Part shown: piece after piece, positions 29,316-40,282 of the stretch
Layout: each line of letters opens with the position of its first letter
Numbering within the stretch: position 1 is the first letter of the stretch
NCBI GenBank assembly: GCA_963702005.1
Contig: OY969696.1
Span: 3,264,001-3,328,000 of the forward strand
Source of the DNA: Candidatus Aminicenantes bacterium
GTDB lineage: Bacteria; Acidobacteriota; Aminicenantia; Aminicenantales; JAFGBC01
Direction of reading: 5' to 3'
Length of the DNA: 64,000 nt
Made by a program: the position numbers and the translations under genes
Notes under the pieces: generated by a model
The model's database searches: none
Seen by the model: the letters and a program-made list of their open reading frames with translations, nothing else
What the model was told of the DNA's origin: nothing

Positions 29316-31418
29316 TCAGGCCTTGGGCTTGATGTCGGCGCCTTTTTCGCTCTTCTCGCCCTCGACCACGATCTGGGAGTAGTCCGCGACCTCGAGGAGG
29401 AGACGGGCGAAGGCCTGGAGCAGGCCGAGTCGGTTCTGGCGGAGCTTCTTGTCCTCGGCCATGACCAGGACCTTGTCGAAGAAGGCGGCCAGCGTCGCCT
29501 GGATCCGGAACAGGATGGTCTGGGCCTGCCCGAAATCGCCCCGGACGATCATGGGCCGGACGTTCTCCTCCATGATCGTGACGCTCGAGTAAAGCTCCCG
29601 CTCCGCCTTCTCCTCGAACGCATCGGGATTGACCTTGGCGGCCGGCTGGTTGCGGAGGATGTTGTTGACCCGCTTGGCCATCAGGATCATCGGCTCGAAC
29701 TGGGGGCTGGCCTTGAGCTTGTCCAGGGCCTTGACCCGGAGGAGGGTGTGGTTGAGGTTCTCGAGGCCGGGAGCGAGCGCGGCGTTGACGAGGTCGTAGC
29801 GGAAGCCCATCCGCTCGTAGATATAGCGGAGCCGTCCCGCGAAGAACTCAAGGCAGTCGGCCTTGACCTCCTTGGCCGGCCGGGTCAGCCGGTCTCCGTA
29901 GACGGTCAAGACTTTGTCGAGAAGACGGGGGAACGAAAACGACAGCTTCCTGTCCAGGACGACCTTGCAGGCTCCCAGGGCGTTGCGGCGGACTCCGAAC
30001 GGGTCGCTTGACCCGGTCGTCTGAACGCCGACCCCGACGACGCCGACGATGGAATCGACCTTGTCGGCCAAGGACAGGACCGCGCCGGCGAGGGCCGCCG
30101 GTGATTCGTCCTCGAGGCCGACCGGCCTGTAGTGCTCATAGATGGCCTGGGCGACGGCCGCCGGGAATCCTTCGGCCCGGGCGAATAGGCCGCCCGCCTT
30201 GCCCTGGAGCGAGGGGAACTCTCGGACGAGCTCGCTGACGAGGTCGGCCTTGGAGAGTTCCGCCGCCTGGACGACATCCTCTTTGGCGCCGGCCGCCTCG
30301 ATCTTGTCGCAGAGATAGGCGGCGATTTTTTTGAGCCGCTGGGTTTTATCGTCGTAGCTTCCCAGCTTCTCCTGGAAGACGACCTGCTTGAGGCCCGGGA
30401 CGCGCTTGCTGAGCGGAACCTTGAGGTCCTGCTCCCAGAAGAAACGGGCGTCCTCGAGCCTGGCCCTGAGAACGCGCTCGTTCCCCTTGACGATCAAGGA
30501 CGAAGCGTCGCCAAGGGCGTCGGCTACGCCGATGAAATAAGGAAGCTGCTTCTTGTCCCGAACGACCGAGAACAGGTGCTGGCCCTCCCTCATGGCCGTG
30601 CTCAGGAGCTCAAGGGGCAAGGCCAGGTAATCTTTTGAGAAGGAGCCGAGCACGACGCAGGGATATTCGACGTCATAGACGAGCTTGTCGAGGAGGGCCT
30701 GATCGGGATGGAGCTTGGCCTTGAGGGGTTCGAGCTGCTCCTCGACCCGGACCAGGATCATGGCTCTGCGCTCTTCGGGATCGATGACGACGCCCCGCTC
30801 TCTCAGGCCGGCCTGATACTCGGCGAAAGACCGGACGGTCAGAGTCCGTGGGTCGTGAATCTTGTGGCCGATCGTCGAGTCGCCCGAGGCGATCCCGGCC
30901 GTTTCAAAGGCGACCGTCTTCCCGCCGAAAAGGCAAAGAAAACCCTGGATGGGACGGGAGAAGCGGAAGGCGAGCGAGCCCCAGCGCATGGTCTTGGGAA
31001 AGGACAACGAGGCGACCAGGCCGGGGAGGAAGGACGCCAGGATTTCCGCGGCCGGCTTTCCGGTCTCGGCCTTCCTGCGGCCCACGTATTCGCCCTTCTC
31101 GGTCCGGACGACTTCGAGCGCCTCGACGCCGATTCCTTGAGACCGGGCAAAACCGAGGGCGGCCGGCGTCGGCGACCCGTCCGGCGCGAAAGCGACGGCC
31201 TTGGAGGGGCCGACGACGATCCGCTCCTTGCTCTCCTGGGACTCGGCCAAGTCGGCCAGAACGATAAGCCTCCGGCAGGTTCCGAAGGTCTTGAGGTCGC
31301 CCGGGGCGACATGGGCGCTGGCGAGCTCCCGCCGCAAGCCGTCGGCGAGCTGCTCGAGGCCGGTCCGGACGTGGTCCGGCGGCATCTCTTCGGTCAGGAT
31401 TTCGAGGAGGAATTCCAT
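29316..31418 (-). CDS. glyS: Glycine--tRNA ligase beta subunit
   Basis: [47 protein letters not shown]; TGATG overlap with glyQ. Confidence 0.96.
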   Translation of the reverse strand: MEFLLEILTEEMPPDHVRTGLEQLADGLRRELASAHVAPGDLKTFGTCRRLIVLADLAESQESKERIVVGPSKAVAFAPDGSPTPAALGFARSQGIGVEALEVVRTEKGEYVGRRKAETGKPAAEILASFLPGLVASLSFPKTMRWGSLAFRFSRPIQGFLCLFGGKTVAFETAGIASGDSTIGHKIHDPRTLTVRSFAEYQAGLRERGVVIDPEERRAMILVRVEEQLEPLKAKLHPDQALLDKLVYDVEYPCVVLGSFSKDYLALPLELLSTAMREGQHLFSVVRDKKQLPYFIGVADALGDASSLIVKGNERVLRARLEDARFFWEQDLKVPLSKRVPGLKQVVFQEKLGSYDDKTQRLKKIAAYLCDKIEAAGAKEDVVQAAELSKADLVSELVREFPSLQGKAGGLFARAEGFPAAVAQAIYEHYRPVGLEDESPAALAGAVLSLADKVDSIVGVVGVGVQTTGSSDPFGVRRNALGACKVVLDRKLSFSFPRLLDKVLTVYGDRLTRPAKEVKADCLEFFAGRLRYIYERMGFRYDLVNAALAPGLENLNHTLLRVKALDKLKASPQFEPMILMAKRVNNILRNQPAAKVNPDAFEEKAERELYSSVTIMEENVRPMIVRGDFGQAQTILFRIQATLAAFFDKVLVMAEDKKLRQNRLGLLQAFARLLLEVADYSQIVVEGEKSEKGADIKPKA

Positions 31419-32266
31419 CAGGACCCCTCCCCGACCGCCGTGAAGCGCCGGGCGATTTCGATGACGACGGCCCTGATCTGGGCGATCAGCTTGACCCGCT
31501 CGGTAACGCTGATGGCGCGGCGGGCGTCGAGCAGGTTGAAGGCGTGGGAGCACTTGAGGCACATGTCGTAGGCCGGCAGCAGGAGGCCTTTCTTGACCAG
31601 GGCGCGGGCTTCATCCTCGGCGAAGGCGAAAATCTTGTGGAGCTTGGCGACGTCGGCCTGGTTGAAGTTGTACTCGGAGAACTCCTTTTCCTCGCGGAAG
31701 CGGAGGTCCCGGTAGGTCACGTCCGCCGACCAGTCGAGGTCGTAGATGTCCTCCTTGCGCTCGAGGAACATCTCGAGCCGTTCAAGTCCGTAGGTGATCT
31801 CAACCGGGACGGGGGCGAGGTCGAGGCCGCCCGCCTGCTGGAAATAGGTGAACTGGGTGATCTCGAGACCGTCGAGCATGACTTGCCAGCCGACGCCCCA
31901 GGCTCCGATCGTGGGGGATTCCCAGTTGTCCTCGTCGAAACGGAGGTCGTGCTCGCCCAGGTCGATCCCGAGCGAGACGAGGCTCTCGATGTAGAGACGC
32001 TGGATGTCGGAGGGCGAGGGCTTGATGATGACCTGGAACTGGAGGTGCTTCTGGACCCGGTGCGGGTTTTCGCCGTAGCGGCCGTCGGTCGGCCGGCGCG
32101 AGGGTTGGACGTAGGCGACCCGCCAGGGGCGCTTGTCGAGGACGCGGAAGAAAGTGTCCGGCGTCATCGTCCCGGCCCCGACCTCGAGGTCGTAGGGCTG
32201 GGCGAGGTAGCAGCCACGGCCGGTCCAGTAGCGCTGGAGGTTCATGATCAGGTCTTGGAGGCTCAT
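31418..32266 (-). CDS. glyQ: Glycine--tRNA ligase alpha subunit
   Basis: [34 protein letters not shown]. Confidence 0.97.
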   Translation of the reverse strand: MSLQDLIMNLQRYWTGRGCYLAQPYDLEVGAGTMTPDTFFRVLDKRPWRVAYVQPSRRPTDGRYGENPHRVQKHLQFQVIIKPSPSDIQRLYIESLVSLGIDLGEHDLRFDEDNWESPTIGAWGVGWQVMLDGLEITQFTYFQQAGGLDLAPVPVEITYGLERLEMFLERKEDIYDLDWSADVTYRDLRFREEKEFSEYNFNQADVAKLHKIFAFAEDEARALVKKGLLLPAYDMCLKCSHAFNLLDARRAISVTERVKLIAQIRAVVIEIARRFTAVGEGS

Positions 32267-32285
32267 CGGAGACTGGTCTCCCTCC

Positions 32286-33734
32286 CTACTCCGCCGGCGT
32301 CCAGCGCAGGATCGGCTTCTTGGCGGCCCTCGTCTCGTCGAGCCGCCGGACGTAGGAGGCGTGGGGCGCGGCGCGCAGGACGTCGGGCGTATCGCGGGCT
32401 TCGCGGGCGATCGTCATCATGGCGTCGACGAAGGCGTCCAGGTCGCGCCGGCTCTCGGTCTCGGTCGGCTCGATCATCAGGGCGCCGTGGACGATCAGGG
32501 GGAAGGACATCGTCGGCGGGTGGAGGCCGAAGTCGATCAAGCGCTTGGCGATGTCGATATTCTTGATCCCCTGCTCCTGCTGGAACTTGTCCGAAAAAAC
32601 GCACTCGTGGAGGGTGGGCGTCGCGTACTTGAGATGGTAGATGCCCTCGAGGCTCTTGCGGATGTAGTTCGCGTTGAGGACCGCTATCTGGGCGATTTCC
32701 TTGAGCCCCTCGGGCCCGAGGGTCAGGATGTAGGCGACGGCCCTGAGGACGACCCCGAAATTGCCGCAGAAGCTCCGGACCCGTCCGATCGTTTGGGGAC
32801 GGTCGCTGTCGAGGACGAGTCCTTTCTTGGTCCGCGTCACGACCGGGATCGGGAGGAACGGGATGAACTCCTTTTTGACGCCCACCGGCCCCGAGCCGGG
32901 GCCGCCCCCGCCGTGGGGGGTCGAGAAGGTCTTGTGGAGGTTGACGTGGAGGACGTCGACGTTCATGTCGCCGGGCCGGGCGATGCCGGTCAGGGCGTTG
33001 AGGTTGGCGCCGTCCATATAAAGGAAGCCGCCCTTGGCGTGGACGATCTCGCCGATCCGGCAGATGTCGGCCTCGAAGACGCCGAGCGTGTTCGGGTTTG
33101 TGACCATGAGGGCGGCTACGTCCTCGCTCATGAACCGGCTGAGGTCCTCGAGGTCGATCATTCCGCGGTCGTCGGATTTAATCTGTTGGACCTTGTAGCC
33201 GCAGAGGTGGGCGCTCGAGGGGTTCGTGCCATGGGCCGAGTCGGGGATGAGGACGATCCGGCGAGGATTGCCCCGGGCCTTGAGGGCGGCCCGGATGAGC
33301 ATCATCCCGGTCAGCTCGCCGTGGGCGCCGGCGGCGGGGTGGAGGGTGAAAGCGTCCAGGCCGGCGATGGCGCACAGGAGCTCCTCAGCGGTCTTGAGGA
33401 CCTCGAGGCTGCCCTGGACGAGGTCCTCGGGCGCCTCGGGGTGGCTCCGGGCGAAGGCGGGCATCCCGGCGATCTTCTCGTTGACCTTGGGATTGTATTT
33501 CATGGTGCAGGAGCCCAGAGGATAAATTCCGAGGTCGACGCAGTAATTGGCCTGGCTGAGACGGGTGAAGTGGCGGACGATTTCTGGTTCGGCAACCTGG
33601 GGGAATCCCTCGATGCCGGTCCGGACAACCGCCTCCCGCAGCGCGTCCGGGGCGGCCGGGACATCGAGCTTGGGGAAGCGGTACGGGGTCTTGCCCTTAT
33701 CGCTGAGCTCGAAAATGAGCGATTCGCGGATCAT
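32286..33734 (-). CDS. gcvPB: Glycine dehydrogenase subunit 2
   Basis: [36 protein letters not shown]. Confidence 0.96.
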   Translation of the reverse strand: MIRESLIFELSDKGKTPYRFPKLDVPAAPDALREAVVRTGIEGFPQVAEPEIVRHFTRLSQANYCVDLGIYPLGSCTMKYNPKVNEKIAGMPAFARSHPEAPEDLVQGSLEVLKTAEELLCAIAGLDAFTLHPAAGAHGELTGMMLIRAALKARGNPRRIVLIPDSAHGTNPSSAHLCGYKVQQIKSDDRGMIDLEDLSRFMSEDVAALMVTNPNTLGVFEADICRIGEIVHAKGGFLYMDGANLNALTGIARPGDMNVDVLHVNLHKTFSTPHGGGGPGSGPVGVKKEFIPFLPIPVVTRTKKGLVLDSDRPQTIGRVRSFCGNFGVVLRAVAYILTLGPEGLKEIAQIAVLNANYIRKSLEGIYHLKYATPTLHECVFSDKFQQEQGIKNIDIAKRLIDFGLHPPTMSFPLIVHGALMIEPTETESRRDLDAFVDAMMTIAREARDTPDVLRAAPHASYVRRLDETRAAKKPILRWTPAE

Positions 33735-35077
33735 CGGAGCGCCTCCCGGAGGGCCTTGACCAGGCGATCGATATCGTCCTTGCGGCGCATTTCGGTGACG
33801 CAGATGAGGACGGCGTTCTTGAGCTCGGGATAATCCCGGCCCAGGCCGTAGCCGCCGACGATCCCCGCGGCGCGGAGGGCCGTCTCGACGGCGGCCCAGT
33901 CCTTCCCGAGCTCGAGGACGAACTCGTTGAAAACGGGTCCGCCGAATCTTAGATTAACTCCCTTAAGGCGGCCGAGCTCGTTCAGGGCGTAGCGAGCCTT
34001 GTGGACGTTCTGGAGGGCCCATTCCCGGAGCCCCTTCTCGCCCAGGGTCTCGAGGAACATGGTCGCCCGGACCGCGCACAGGGCTTGGTTGCTGCAGATG
34101 TTCGAGGTCGCGCTCTCGCGCCGGATGTGCTGCTCGCGTGTCGAAAGGGTCAGGACGAACCCCCGTTTGCCGTCGACGTCCACGGTCTGCCCCGCGATCC
34201 GGCCCGGCAGCTGCCGAACGAAGTCCTTGGCGCAGGCCATGAACCCGAGATACGGTCCGCCGTAGGAGAGCGGCATCCCGAAGGACTGGGCTTCGCCGGT
34301 CACAATGTCGGCGCCGAGCTTGCCGGGCGCTTCCAGGATGCCGAGCGAGGCCGCCTCGGCGACGACGGCCACCGACAGGGCCTGTTTCCCGTGGGCCAGC
34401 TCGGAGAGCGCCTTGACGTCCTCCACGACGCCGAAAAAGTTCGGGGATTGGAAGACGACGGCGGCCGTCCCGCCGTCAATCTTCTTGGCGAGGTCGCCCA
34501 GGTCAGCCCGGCCGTCCGGGCCGTAGGCGAACTCGACGGCTTCGACGCCCAGGTTCTGGATGTAGGTCCGGATGACATGCCGGTACTGAGGATGGAGCGT
34601 CCGCCCGACGAGGACCTTGGTCTTGGCCTTGACGCGGTGGGCCATCAGGACCGCTTCGGCCGCGGCGGTGGCTCCGTCATAGAGCGAGGCATTGGCGATG
34701 TCGAGGCCGCTGAGCTGGCAGATCAGGGTTTGGTACTCGAAGACGATCTGGAGCGTCCCCTGGCTGACCTCGGGCTGGTAGGGCGTGTAGGGGCTGACGA
34801 ATTCGCCCCGCGAACTCAAATAATCCACGACGCTGGGGATGAAGTGGTCGTAGGCCCCGGCCCCCAGAAAAGAGAGGTAGCGGTCATAGGCGTTCCGGCC
34901 GCCCGTCTTCTCGAAATGAGAAAGAAGCTCGGATTCGGCCAGGGGACCGGGGACGGGAAGCGGCTTGCGCAGCCGGATGGAAGAGGGGATGGACTGGAAC
35001 AAGTCGTCGAGGGTCGGGACGCCGACCTTGTCCAGCATCTCCTTTTTGTCTTTATCGCTGAGAGAAATATAGCTCAT
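33731..35077 (-). CDS. gcvPA: Glycine dehydrogenase subunit 1
   Basis: YTPYQPEVSQG, NASLYDGATA, REQHIRRE.ATSNIC. Confidence 0.96.
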   Translation of the reverse strand: MSYISLSDKDKKEMLDKVGVPTLDDLFQSIPSSIRLRKPLPVPGPLAESELLSHFEKTGGRNAYDRYLSFLGAGAYDHFIPSVVDYLSSRGEFVSPYTPYQPEVSQGTLQIVFEYQTLICQLSGLDIANASLYDGATAAAEAVLMAHRVKAKTKVLVGRTLHPQYRHVIRTYIQNLGVEAVEFAYGPDGRADLGDLAKKIDGGTAAVVFQSPNFFGVVEDVKALSELAHGKQALSVAVVAEAASLGILEAPGKLGADIVTGEAQSFGMPLSYGGPYLGFMACAKDFVRQLPGRIAGQTVDVDGKRGFVLTLSTREQHIRRESATSNICSNQALCAVRATMFLETLGEKGLREWALQNVHKARYALNELGRLKGVNLRFGGPVFNEFVLELGKDWAAVETALRAAGIVGGYGLGRDYPELKNAVLICVTEMRRKDDIDRLVKALREALR

Positions 35078-35079
35078 AC

Positions 35080-35463
35080 TCAGTGCTCGAGTCCGGCCAG
35101 GTATTTTTCATATTCGGAGGCTTTCATCAATCCGCCCAGGTCGGCCCTGTTCGCGAGCTTGAGGCGGAGGATCCACCCCTTGCCGTGGGGATCCTGGTTG
35201 ACGAGCTCGGGCCCGCCCTCGAGGTCGGCGTTGACGGCGACAACCTCGCCCGCGACCGGGCAGAAGACGTCGGAGACGGCCTTGACCGACTCGATCGTCC
35301 CGATTTTCTGATGGACGGCCAGCTTGGTCCCGACGGAGGGGAGCTCGACGTAGACGAGGTCGCCGAGCTGCTTCTGGGCGAAGTCGGTGATGCCGACCAG
35401 ACCCTGGCCGCCCTCGACCTTGATCCACTCGTGGTCCTTCGTATAGTAATAATCCGGATACAT
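35080..35463 (-). CDS. gcvH: Glycine cleavage system H protein
   Basis: YTKDHEW, GITDFAQ..LGD, lipoyl-Lys in ESVKAVSD. Confidence 0.96.
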   Translation of the reverse strand: MYPDYYYTKDHEWIKVEGGQGLVGITDFAQKQLGDLVYVELPSVGTKLAVHQKIGTIESVKAVSDVFCPVAGEVVAVNADLEGGPELVNQDPHGKGWILRLKLANRADLGGLMKASEYEKYLAGLEH

Positions 35464-35508
35464 GCGATACCTCCTTAGGTCTCTATCTCGACGGCGCGGG
35501 ATTCCCGC

Positions 35509-36603
35509 TCAAGCCTTTTCGGGTCTCTTGTAGAACGGCGACGGGACGACCTTGGCCCTGACGCGCTTGTCCCTGATCCCGACCTCGAACTCGGTCCCGA
35601 CCTCGGTCGCCTCGATCGGGAGATAAACTGTGCCGATCGCCTTCTTGAGGAAGGGCGCGAAGGTCCCCGAGGCGACCTGGGACACCGGCTGCCCCTTGAC
35701 GAACACAGGATAATGGGGCCGGGCGATGCCTTTGTCGACGACCTCGAACCCCACGATCTTGCGTTTGAGGCCCTCGGCCAGCTGCTTCTCCAGGACGTCC
35801 TTGCCCAGGAAGTCGCCCTTCTTGAACTTGACGATCCACTTGAGGTCGGCCTCGAGCACGGTGGTCGTGTCGTCAATATCGTTCCCATAGAGGGGGAGCC
35901 TGGCCTCGAGCCGGAGCGTATCCCGGGCGCCCAGGCCGACCGGGAGGATGCCGAATTTCTGCCCCTCGGCCAGGATGGCTTCGGCGATCTTGTCGGGCTG
36001 GGCCGAGAGCGTGTAGATCTCGAACCCGTCCTCGCCCGTGTAGCCGGTCCGGGAGACGAGGCACTCGACGCCGGCCACCTGGCCCGGGGCGGACCAGAAA
36101 TATTTCATCTCGGCCAGGTTGATCGGAGTCAGAGGCTGGAGGATCTCCCGGGCGCGCGGCCCTTGGAGGGCGAGCTGGCTCCAGGCGTCGCTGGCGTTCT
36201 CGACCTTGACGTCGAAGCCTTTGGCGTTGTCCCGGATCCAGGCGAAGTCCTTGTCCGCGTTCGAGGCGTTGACGACAAGGAAGTAGCGCTCCGGCCCCAG
36301 GCAATAGACGAGCATATCGTCGACGAACGTCCCCCGCGGAGTCGTCAGGGCCGTGTACTGAACCTGGTTTGGGGCGAGGCGGCCGGCGTCGTTCGGGGTG
36401 AGGTGCTGGACATAAGCCAGGGCGTCCTTGCCGGTGATAGCGATCTCGCCCATGTGGCCGACGTCGAACAGGCCGGCCCGGGTCCGGACGGCGATGTGCT
36501 CGTCGATGATGCCCTTGAATTCGAGGGGCATTTCCCAGCCGAAAAACTCTATCATTTTCGCGCCGAGCTTCTTATGGAGGGCGTTCAAGCGCGTCTTATT
36601 CAT
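35509..36603 (-). CDS. gcvT: Glycine cleavage aminomethyltransferase
   Basis: GLFDVGHMG, SRTGYTGEDGFE, GLGARDTLRLEA. Confidence 0.96.
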   Translation of the reverse strand: MNKTRLNALHKKLGAKMIEFFGWEMPLEFKGIIDEHIAVRTRAGLFDVGHMGEIAITGKDALAYVQHLTPNDAGRLAPNQVQYTALTTPRGTFVDDMLVYCLGPERYFLVVNASNADKDFAWIRDNAKGFDVKVENASDAWSQLALQGPRAREILQPLTPINLAEMKYFWSAPGQVAGVECLVSRTGYTGEDGFEIYTLSAQPDKIAEAILAEGQKFGILPVGLGARDTLRLEARLPLYGNDIDDTTTVLEADLKWIVKFKKGDFLGKDVLEKQLAEGLKRKIVGFEVVDKGIARPHYPVFVKGQPVSQVASGTFAPFLKKAIGTVYLPIEATEVGTEFEVGIRDKRVRAKVVPSPFYKRPEKA

Positions 36604-36643
36604 ATCGTATGATTCCTCTTAATCAAGGCGAAATGGAAGCCTT

Positions 36644-36672
36644 ATAATATAACGACGTCCCCGGATTTGCAA
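36644..36672 (-). promoter_or_regulatory. Putative sigma70 promoter of the gcv-glyQS operon
   Basis: Minus strand TTGCAA-N17-TATTAT, followed by AGAGGA ribosome site. Confidence 0.5.
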
Positions 36673-36746
36673 GTCGCGGCGGGAAGCCCATCGAGATCCG
36701 ATTCGTCCTCGGGCGAAAGATAGGGTATGATGGAGGGCGAGCAACG

Positions 36747-37862
36747 ATGTTCCTGCTAAACGAGCTTATCTTTTTTTCGCCGCTCATCCTCTATGTCTAC
36801 ATCCGCGTCAGGCGGATCATCATCGCCAGGACCGGGAAGGCCGTTTGGACCGCGGTCTTTCTTCTTCTCATCCTGGCATTCCCCGCCGCCGAATCGCTCT
36901 CCCATCGGGGGGCGGGCGGATGGGCGAGATATCCGCTGATCGCCGGCTATGACGCCTGGCCCGTGCTGCTCTATCTCGTCCTGACCGTCATCCTCGCCGA
37001 CATCGCCGTCGGCGCCGCGCGGCTCCTCGGAATTCTTTCGCGCGACGAGGTCCGCTCTCCCCGCTTCCGGGCCGTCTATCTGTGTGTCGTATTGGCCCTG
37101 CCCGTCGCGATCGTCGGCGGCGGTATACTGAACTTCAATCACCTCCGCGTCAAAGACTATGCGATCGAAGTCCCCCGCAAATCCTCGGACCTCAGGGAAC
37201 TCAAGATCGCCTTCGCCGCCGATTTCCACCTTGGGGACAGGACTAGCCCCAGCTTCATGGAGACCTTCATCGCCAAGGTCAACGCGCTGGACCCCGACCT
37301 CGTGCTGATCGGAGGCGACGTCCTGGAGGGCGACCGCCGGGACGAGGACCTGGCCCGATACGAATCCCAATTCCGGCGGCTCCATTCGAGATACGGAGTC
37401 TATGGGGTCCCGGGCAACCACGAGAGATACGCCGGAGGAAGGGACGATTTCTTCGCCAAGGCCGGGATTCGGCTTCTCCAGGACGAAGTCCTCAAGATCG
37501 ACGGGGCGTTCTATCTGGCCGGGCGGAACGACGCCCGCTCCCGCGGCCGGAAGTCCGCCGCCGAACTCTTGGCGGGAACGCCCGACGATCTCCCCGTCAT
37601 CCTGCTCGACCACCGACCGACCGACCTCGACAACGTCAGCCGGACGATCGCCGACATCCAGCTCTCGGGCCACACCCACTACGGACAGCTGTTCCCGATC
37701 AATCTCATCATCAATCATCGGTACGAACTCAGCTGGGGCTACAAGAAAAAGAATCGAACGCATATCTTCGTGACCAGCGGCGTCCAGCTCTGGGGCCCGC
37801 CGGTCCGGACGGTGGGCGCCTCGGAAATCCTCTCGATTCGGGTCGCTTTCCGCGAGCCGTAA
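36747..37862 (+). CDS. Membrane-anchored metallophosphoesterase (YkuE-like)
   Basis: DFH, GGD, GNHE, LDHRP, SGHTH.GQ motifs after TM segments. Confidence 0.9.
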   Translation: MFLLNELIFFSPLILYVYIRVRRIIIARTGKAVWTAVFLLLILAFPAAESLSHRGAGGWARYPLIAGYDAWPVLLYLVLTVILADIAVGAARLLGILSRDEVRSPRFRAVYLCVVLALPVAIVGGGILNFNHLRVKDYAIEVPRKSSDLRELKIAFAADFHLGDRTSPSFMETFIAKVNALDPDLVLIGGDVLEGDRRDEDLARYESQFRRLHSRYGVYGVPGNHERYAGGRDDFFAKAGIRLLQDEVLKIDGAFYLAGRNDARSRGRKSAAELLAGTPDDLPVILLDHRPTDLDNVSRTIADIQLSGHTHYGQLFPINLIINHRYELSWGYKKKNRTHIFVTSGVQLWGPPVRTVGASEILSIRVAFREP

Positions 37863-37870
37863 GGAATGCG

Positions 37871-39514
37871 ATGAAGAAAGCCTCGCGGACGGCAGGCCCG
37901 CCGGCATCTCCCCCGCCCCGGAAACCCGCCGCCATCGAAATCAACGACAAGTTCCGGGCGGCGCTGGACTTGATGGAGGCCGGCGACCGCCACCTGTTCA
38001 TCACGGGCCGGGCGGGAACGGGCAAATCGACGCTCCTCGAATATTTCCGGGACACGACGCTGAAGCAGATCGCCGTCCTGGCGCCCACCGGGGTCGCCGC
38101 GCTCAACGTCCGGGGCCAGACCATCCACTCTTTCTGCCGCTTCAAGCCGGACATCACCCTGGATACGGTCAAGAAGCTTCCGCCAAGCAGCCGGGGCGGC
38201 CGGGCTGCTTTTAGAGGCGACGGCTCAGCCGACATCTACAAGCGCTTCGAAACGATCGTCATCGACGAGATCTCCATGGTCCGGGCCGACCTCCTCGACT
38301 GCGTCGAGAAATTCCTGCGCCTCAACGGCCCCAACCCCAAGCGGCTCTTCGGCGGCCTGCAGATGGTCTTCATCGGCGACCTCTACCAGCTCCCGCCCGT
38401 GGTCACTTCGGTTGAGCGGGCGCTTTTCGCCGGTCCCTACGAAACGCCCTACTTCTTCTCCTCCCAGATCTTCCGGAACCCCGCGTTCGCCATGGAGTTC
38501 GTCGAGCTGGAGAAAATCTACCGCCAGAGCGAGGAGGATTTCATCGGCCTGCTCAACGCCATCCGCAACCGCTCGGCCACGGACGCGGACCTCGGCCGCC
38601 TCAACGAGCGCTGCATCCCGGATTTCATCCCCCCCGACGACGAGTTCTATGTCACCCTGACCAGCACCAACGACCTGGCCTTCGAGCGCAACCGGGACAA
38701 GCTCGCCCGGTTGCCCGGCCGCCCCGCCGTTTACGAGGGCCTTATCGCCGGCGAGTTCGAGCGCTCCTCGCTGCCCACCGACGAGCGCCTCGAGCTCAAG
38801 ATCGGCGCCCAAGTCATGCTCCTCAACAACGACTCTAAAGGCCGCTGGGTCAACGGCTCGATCGGCCGCGTGGCGAAGATCGTCCGCGTCAAGGGCGAGG
38901 ATGACGTCGTCGTGGTCGAGCTTCAGGACGGCCCGACCGTGGACGTCCTGCCCAACGCCTGGGAGATCTTCCGCTTCGGCCTCGACCCGGACACCCGGAC
39001 GATCGTCTCCGAACCGATCGGCTCATTCACCCAGTATCCGCTCAAGCTCGCCTGGGCCATCACCATCCATAAGAGCCAGGGCAAGACATTCGACCGGGTC
39101 GTCATCGACTTCGGCCGCGGAACCTTCGCCCACGGCCAGGCTTACGTAGCCCTCAGCCGCTGCACGAACTTCGAGGGCTTGGTCCTCAGGAAACCCATCC
39201 GGCGCGGCCATATCCGCCTGGACTACGACATCGTCCGGTTCCTGACGCGGACGCAATACCAGAAGGCCGACGAGAAGCTGTCCTACGCGGCCAAGGTCGC
39301 GCTGATCAACGAAGCCATCAGCGAGGGCCGCGACTTGGAAATCCTGTATCTCAAGCCCGACGACACCAAGACCCGGCGCCGGATCCGAGCCGAATCCATC
39401 GAGATGTTGGACTTCAAGGGCAAGCGGTTCGAGGGCGTCGTGGCCTATTGCTACAAGCGCGAAGAGCAGCGCCATTTCCGCATCGACCGGATGCTGGAAG
39501 TCAAGGTGCTGTGA
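37871..39514 (+). CDS. Pif1/RecD-like SF1B helicase with C-terminal WYL domain
   Basis: GRAGTGKS, DEISM, GDLYQLPPV, AITIHKSQG, YVALSR; tail ILYLKP...AYCYKREEQRHFRIDRM. Confidence 0.88.
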   Translation: MKKASRTAGPPASPPPRKPAAIEINDKFRAALDLMEAGDRHLFITGRAGTGKSTLLEYFRDTTLKQIAVLAPTGVAALNVRGQTIHSFCRFKPDITLDTVKKLPPSSRGGRAAFRGDGSADIYKRFETIVIDEISMVRADLLDCVEKFLRLNGPNPKRLFGGLQMVFIGDLYQLPPVVTSVERALFAGPYETPYFFSSQIFRNPAFAMEFVELEKIYRQSEEDFIGLLNAIRNRSATDADLGRLNERCIPDFIPPDDEFYVTLTSTNDLAFERNRDKLARLPGRPAVYEGLIAGEFERSSLPTDERLELKIGAQVMLLNNDSKGRWVNGSIGRVAKIVRVKGEDDVVVVELQDGPTVDVLPNAWEIFRFGLDPDTRTIVSEPIGSFTQYPLKLAWAITIHKSQGKTFDRVVIDFGRGTFAHGQAYVALSRCTNFEGLVLRKPIRRGHIRLDYDIVRFLTRTQYQKADEKLSYAAKVALINEAISEGRDLEILYLKPDDTKTRRRIRAESIEMLDFKGKRFEGVVAYCYKREEQRHFRIDRMLEVKVL

Positions 39515-39529
39515 AAATCGAGAGCCGCC

Positions 39530-40282
39530 ATGCTCGATAAAGCCAAACTCAGAAAGGTGTGGCTGTGGATTGCACTGGCCGCCGTCCTGGCCTTTGTGGC
39601 GCTAACGGCCGCCATCCTCCTGACCCTTCCCGACGTCTCCGGCCTCAGGAACCAGAATCCCTCGACGACGGCCCTCATGAAGTTCCGCCAGGATCAAGCC
39701 CGCCAAAAAGGCGGGGCCTACTCCGTCCAAAAAGAATGGGTGGATATAGACAAAGTCCCGGAGCTCCTCAAGGAGGCCGTCCGCATCACGGAAGACGCCT
39801 CGTTCTACTGGCACAAAGGAATCGACCTCGAAGAACTCAAAGAGTCTTTCAAACGGGACCTGCGCGAAGGGAAGTTCGCCCGCGGCGGAAGCACCATCAC
39901 CCAGCAGCTTGCCAAAAACCTCTACCTGTCCCCCCGAAAGAACCCTCTCCGCAAGCTCCGGGAGTATTTCATCGCCCGCCGCCTGGAAAAAGCGCTCGGC
40001 AAAGACCGGATCTTCTCGCTTTATCTCAACCTCATAGAGCTCGGCCCGGGCATCTTCGGGGTCCAGGCCGCCTCGCGCCATTATTTCGGCAAGGACGTTT
40101 CCGAACTTTCCCTGGAGGAGATCGTCCGCCTGACCGCCGTCATCCCCCGCCCGGTCACGACCGACCCGCGCGCCTCGGGAAAATGGCTCAACTGGCGCTG
40201 CCGCTATATCCTGGGAAAACTCAGGCTCTACGAAAAGATCGGCGAGGACGACTATCAAACCCTTCTTGGGACGTTTCAATAG
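39530..40282 (+). CDS. mtgA: Monofunctional peptidoglycan transglycosylase
   Basis: EDASFYWHKGID, GGSTITQQLAKNLYL, RKLRE, YLNLIELG. Confidence 0.9.
   Translation: MLDKAKLRKVWLWIALAAVLAFVALTAAILLTLPDVSGLRNQNPSTTALMKFRQDQARQKGGAYSVQKEWVDIDKVPELLKEAVRITEDASFYWHKGIDLEELKESFKRDLREGKFARGGSTITQQLAKNLYLSPRKNPLRKLREYFIARRLEKALGKDRIFSLYLNLIELGPGIFGVQAASRHYFGKDVSELSLEEIVRLTAVIPRPVTTDPRASGKWLNWRCRYILGKLRLYEKIGEDDYQTLLGTFQ

Noticed and set aside
36604-36746. Glycine riboswitch upstream of gcvT
   Set aside because: No recognisable aptamer motifs, and too little space after the likely promoter.
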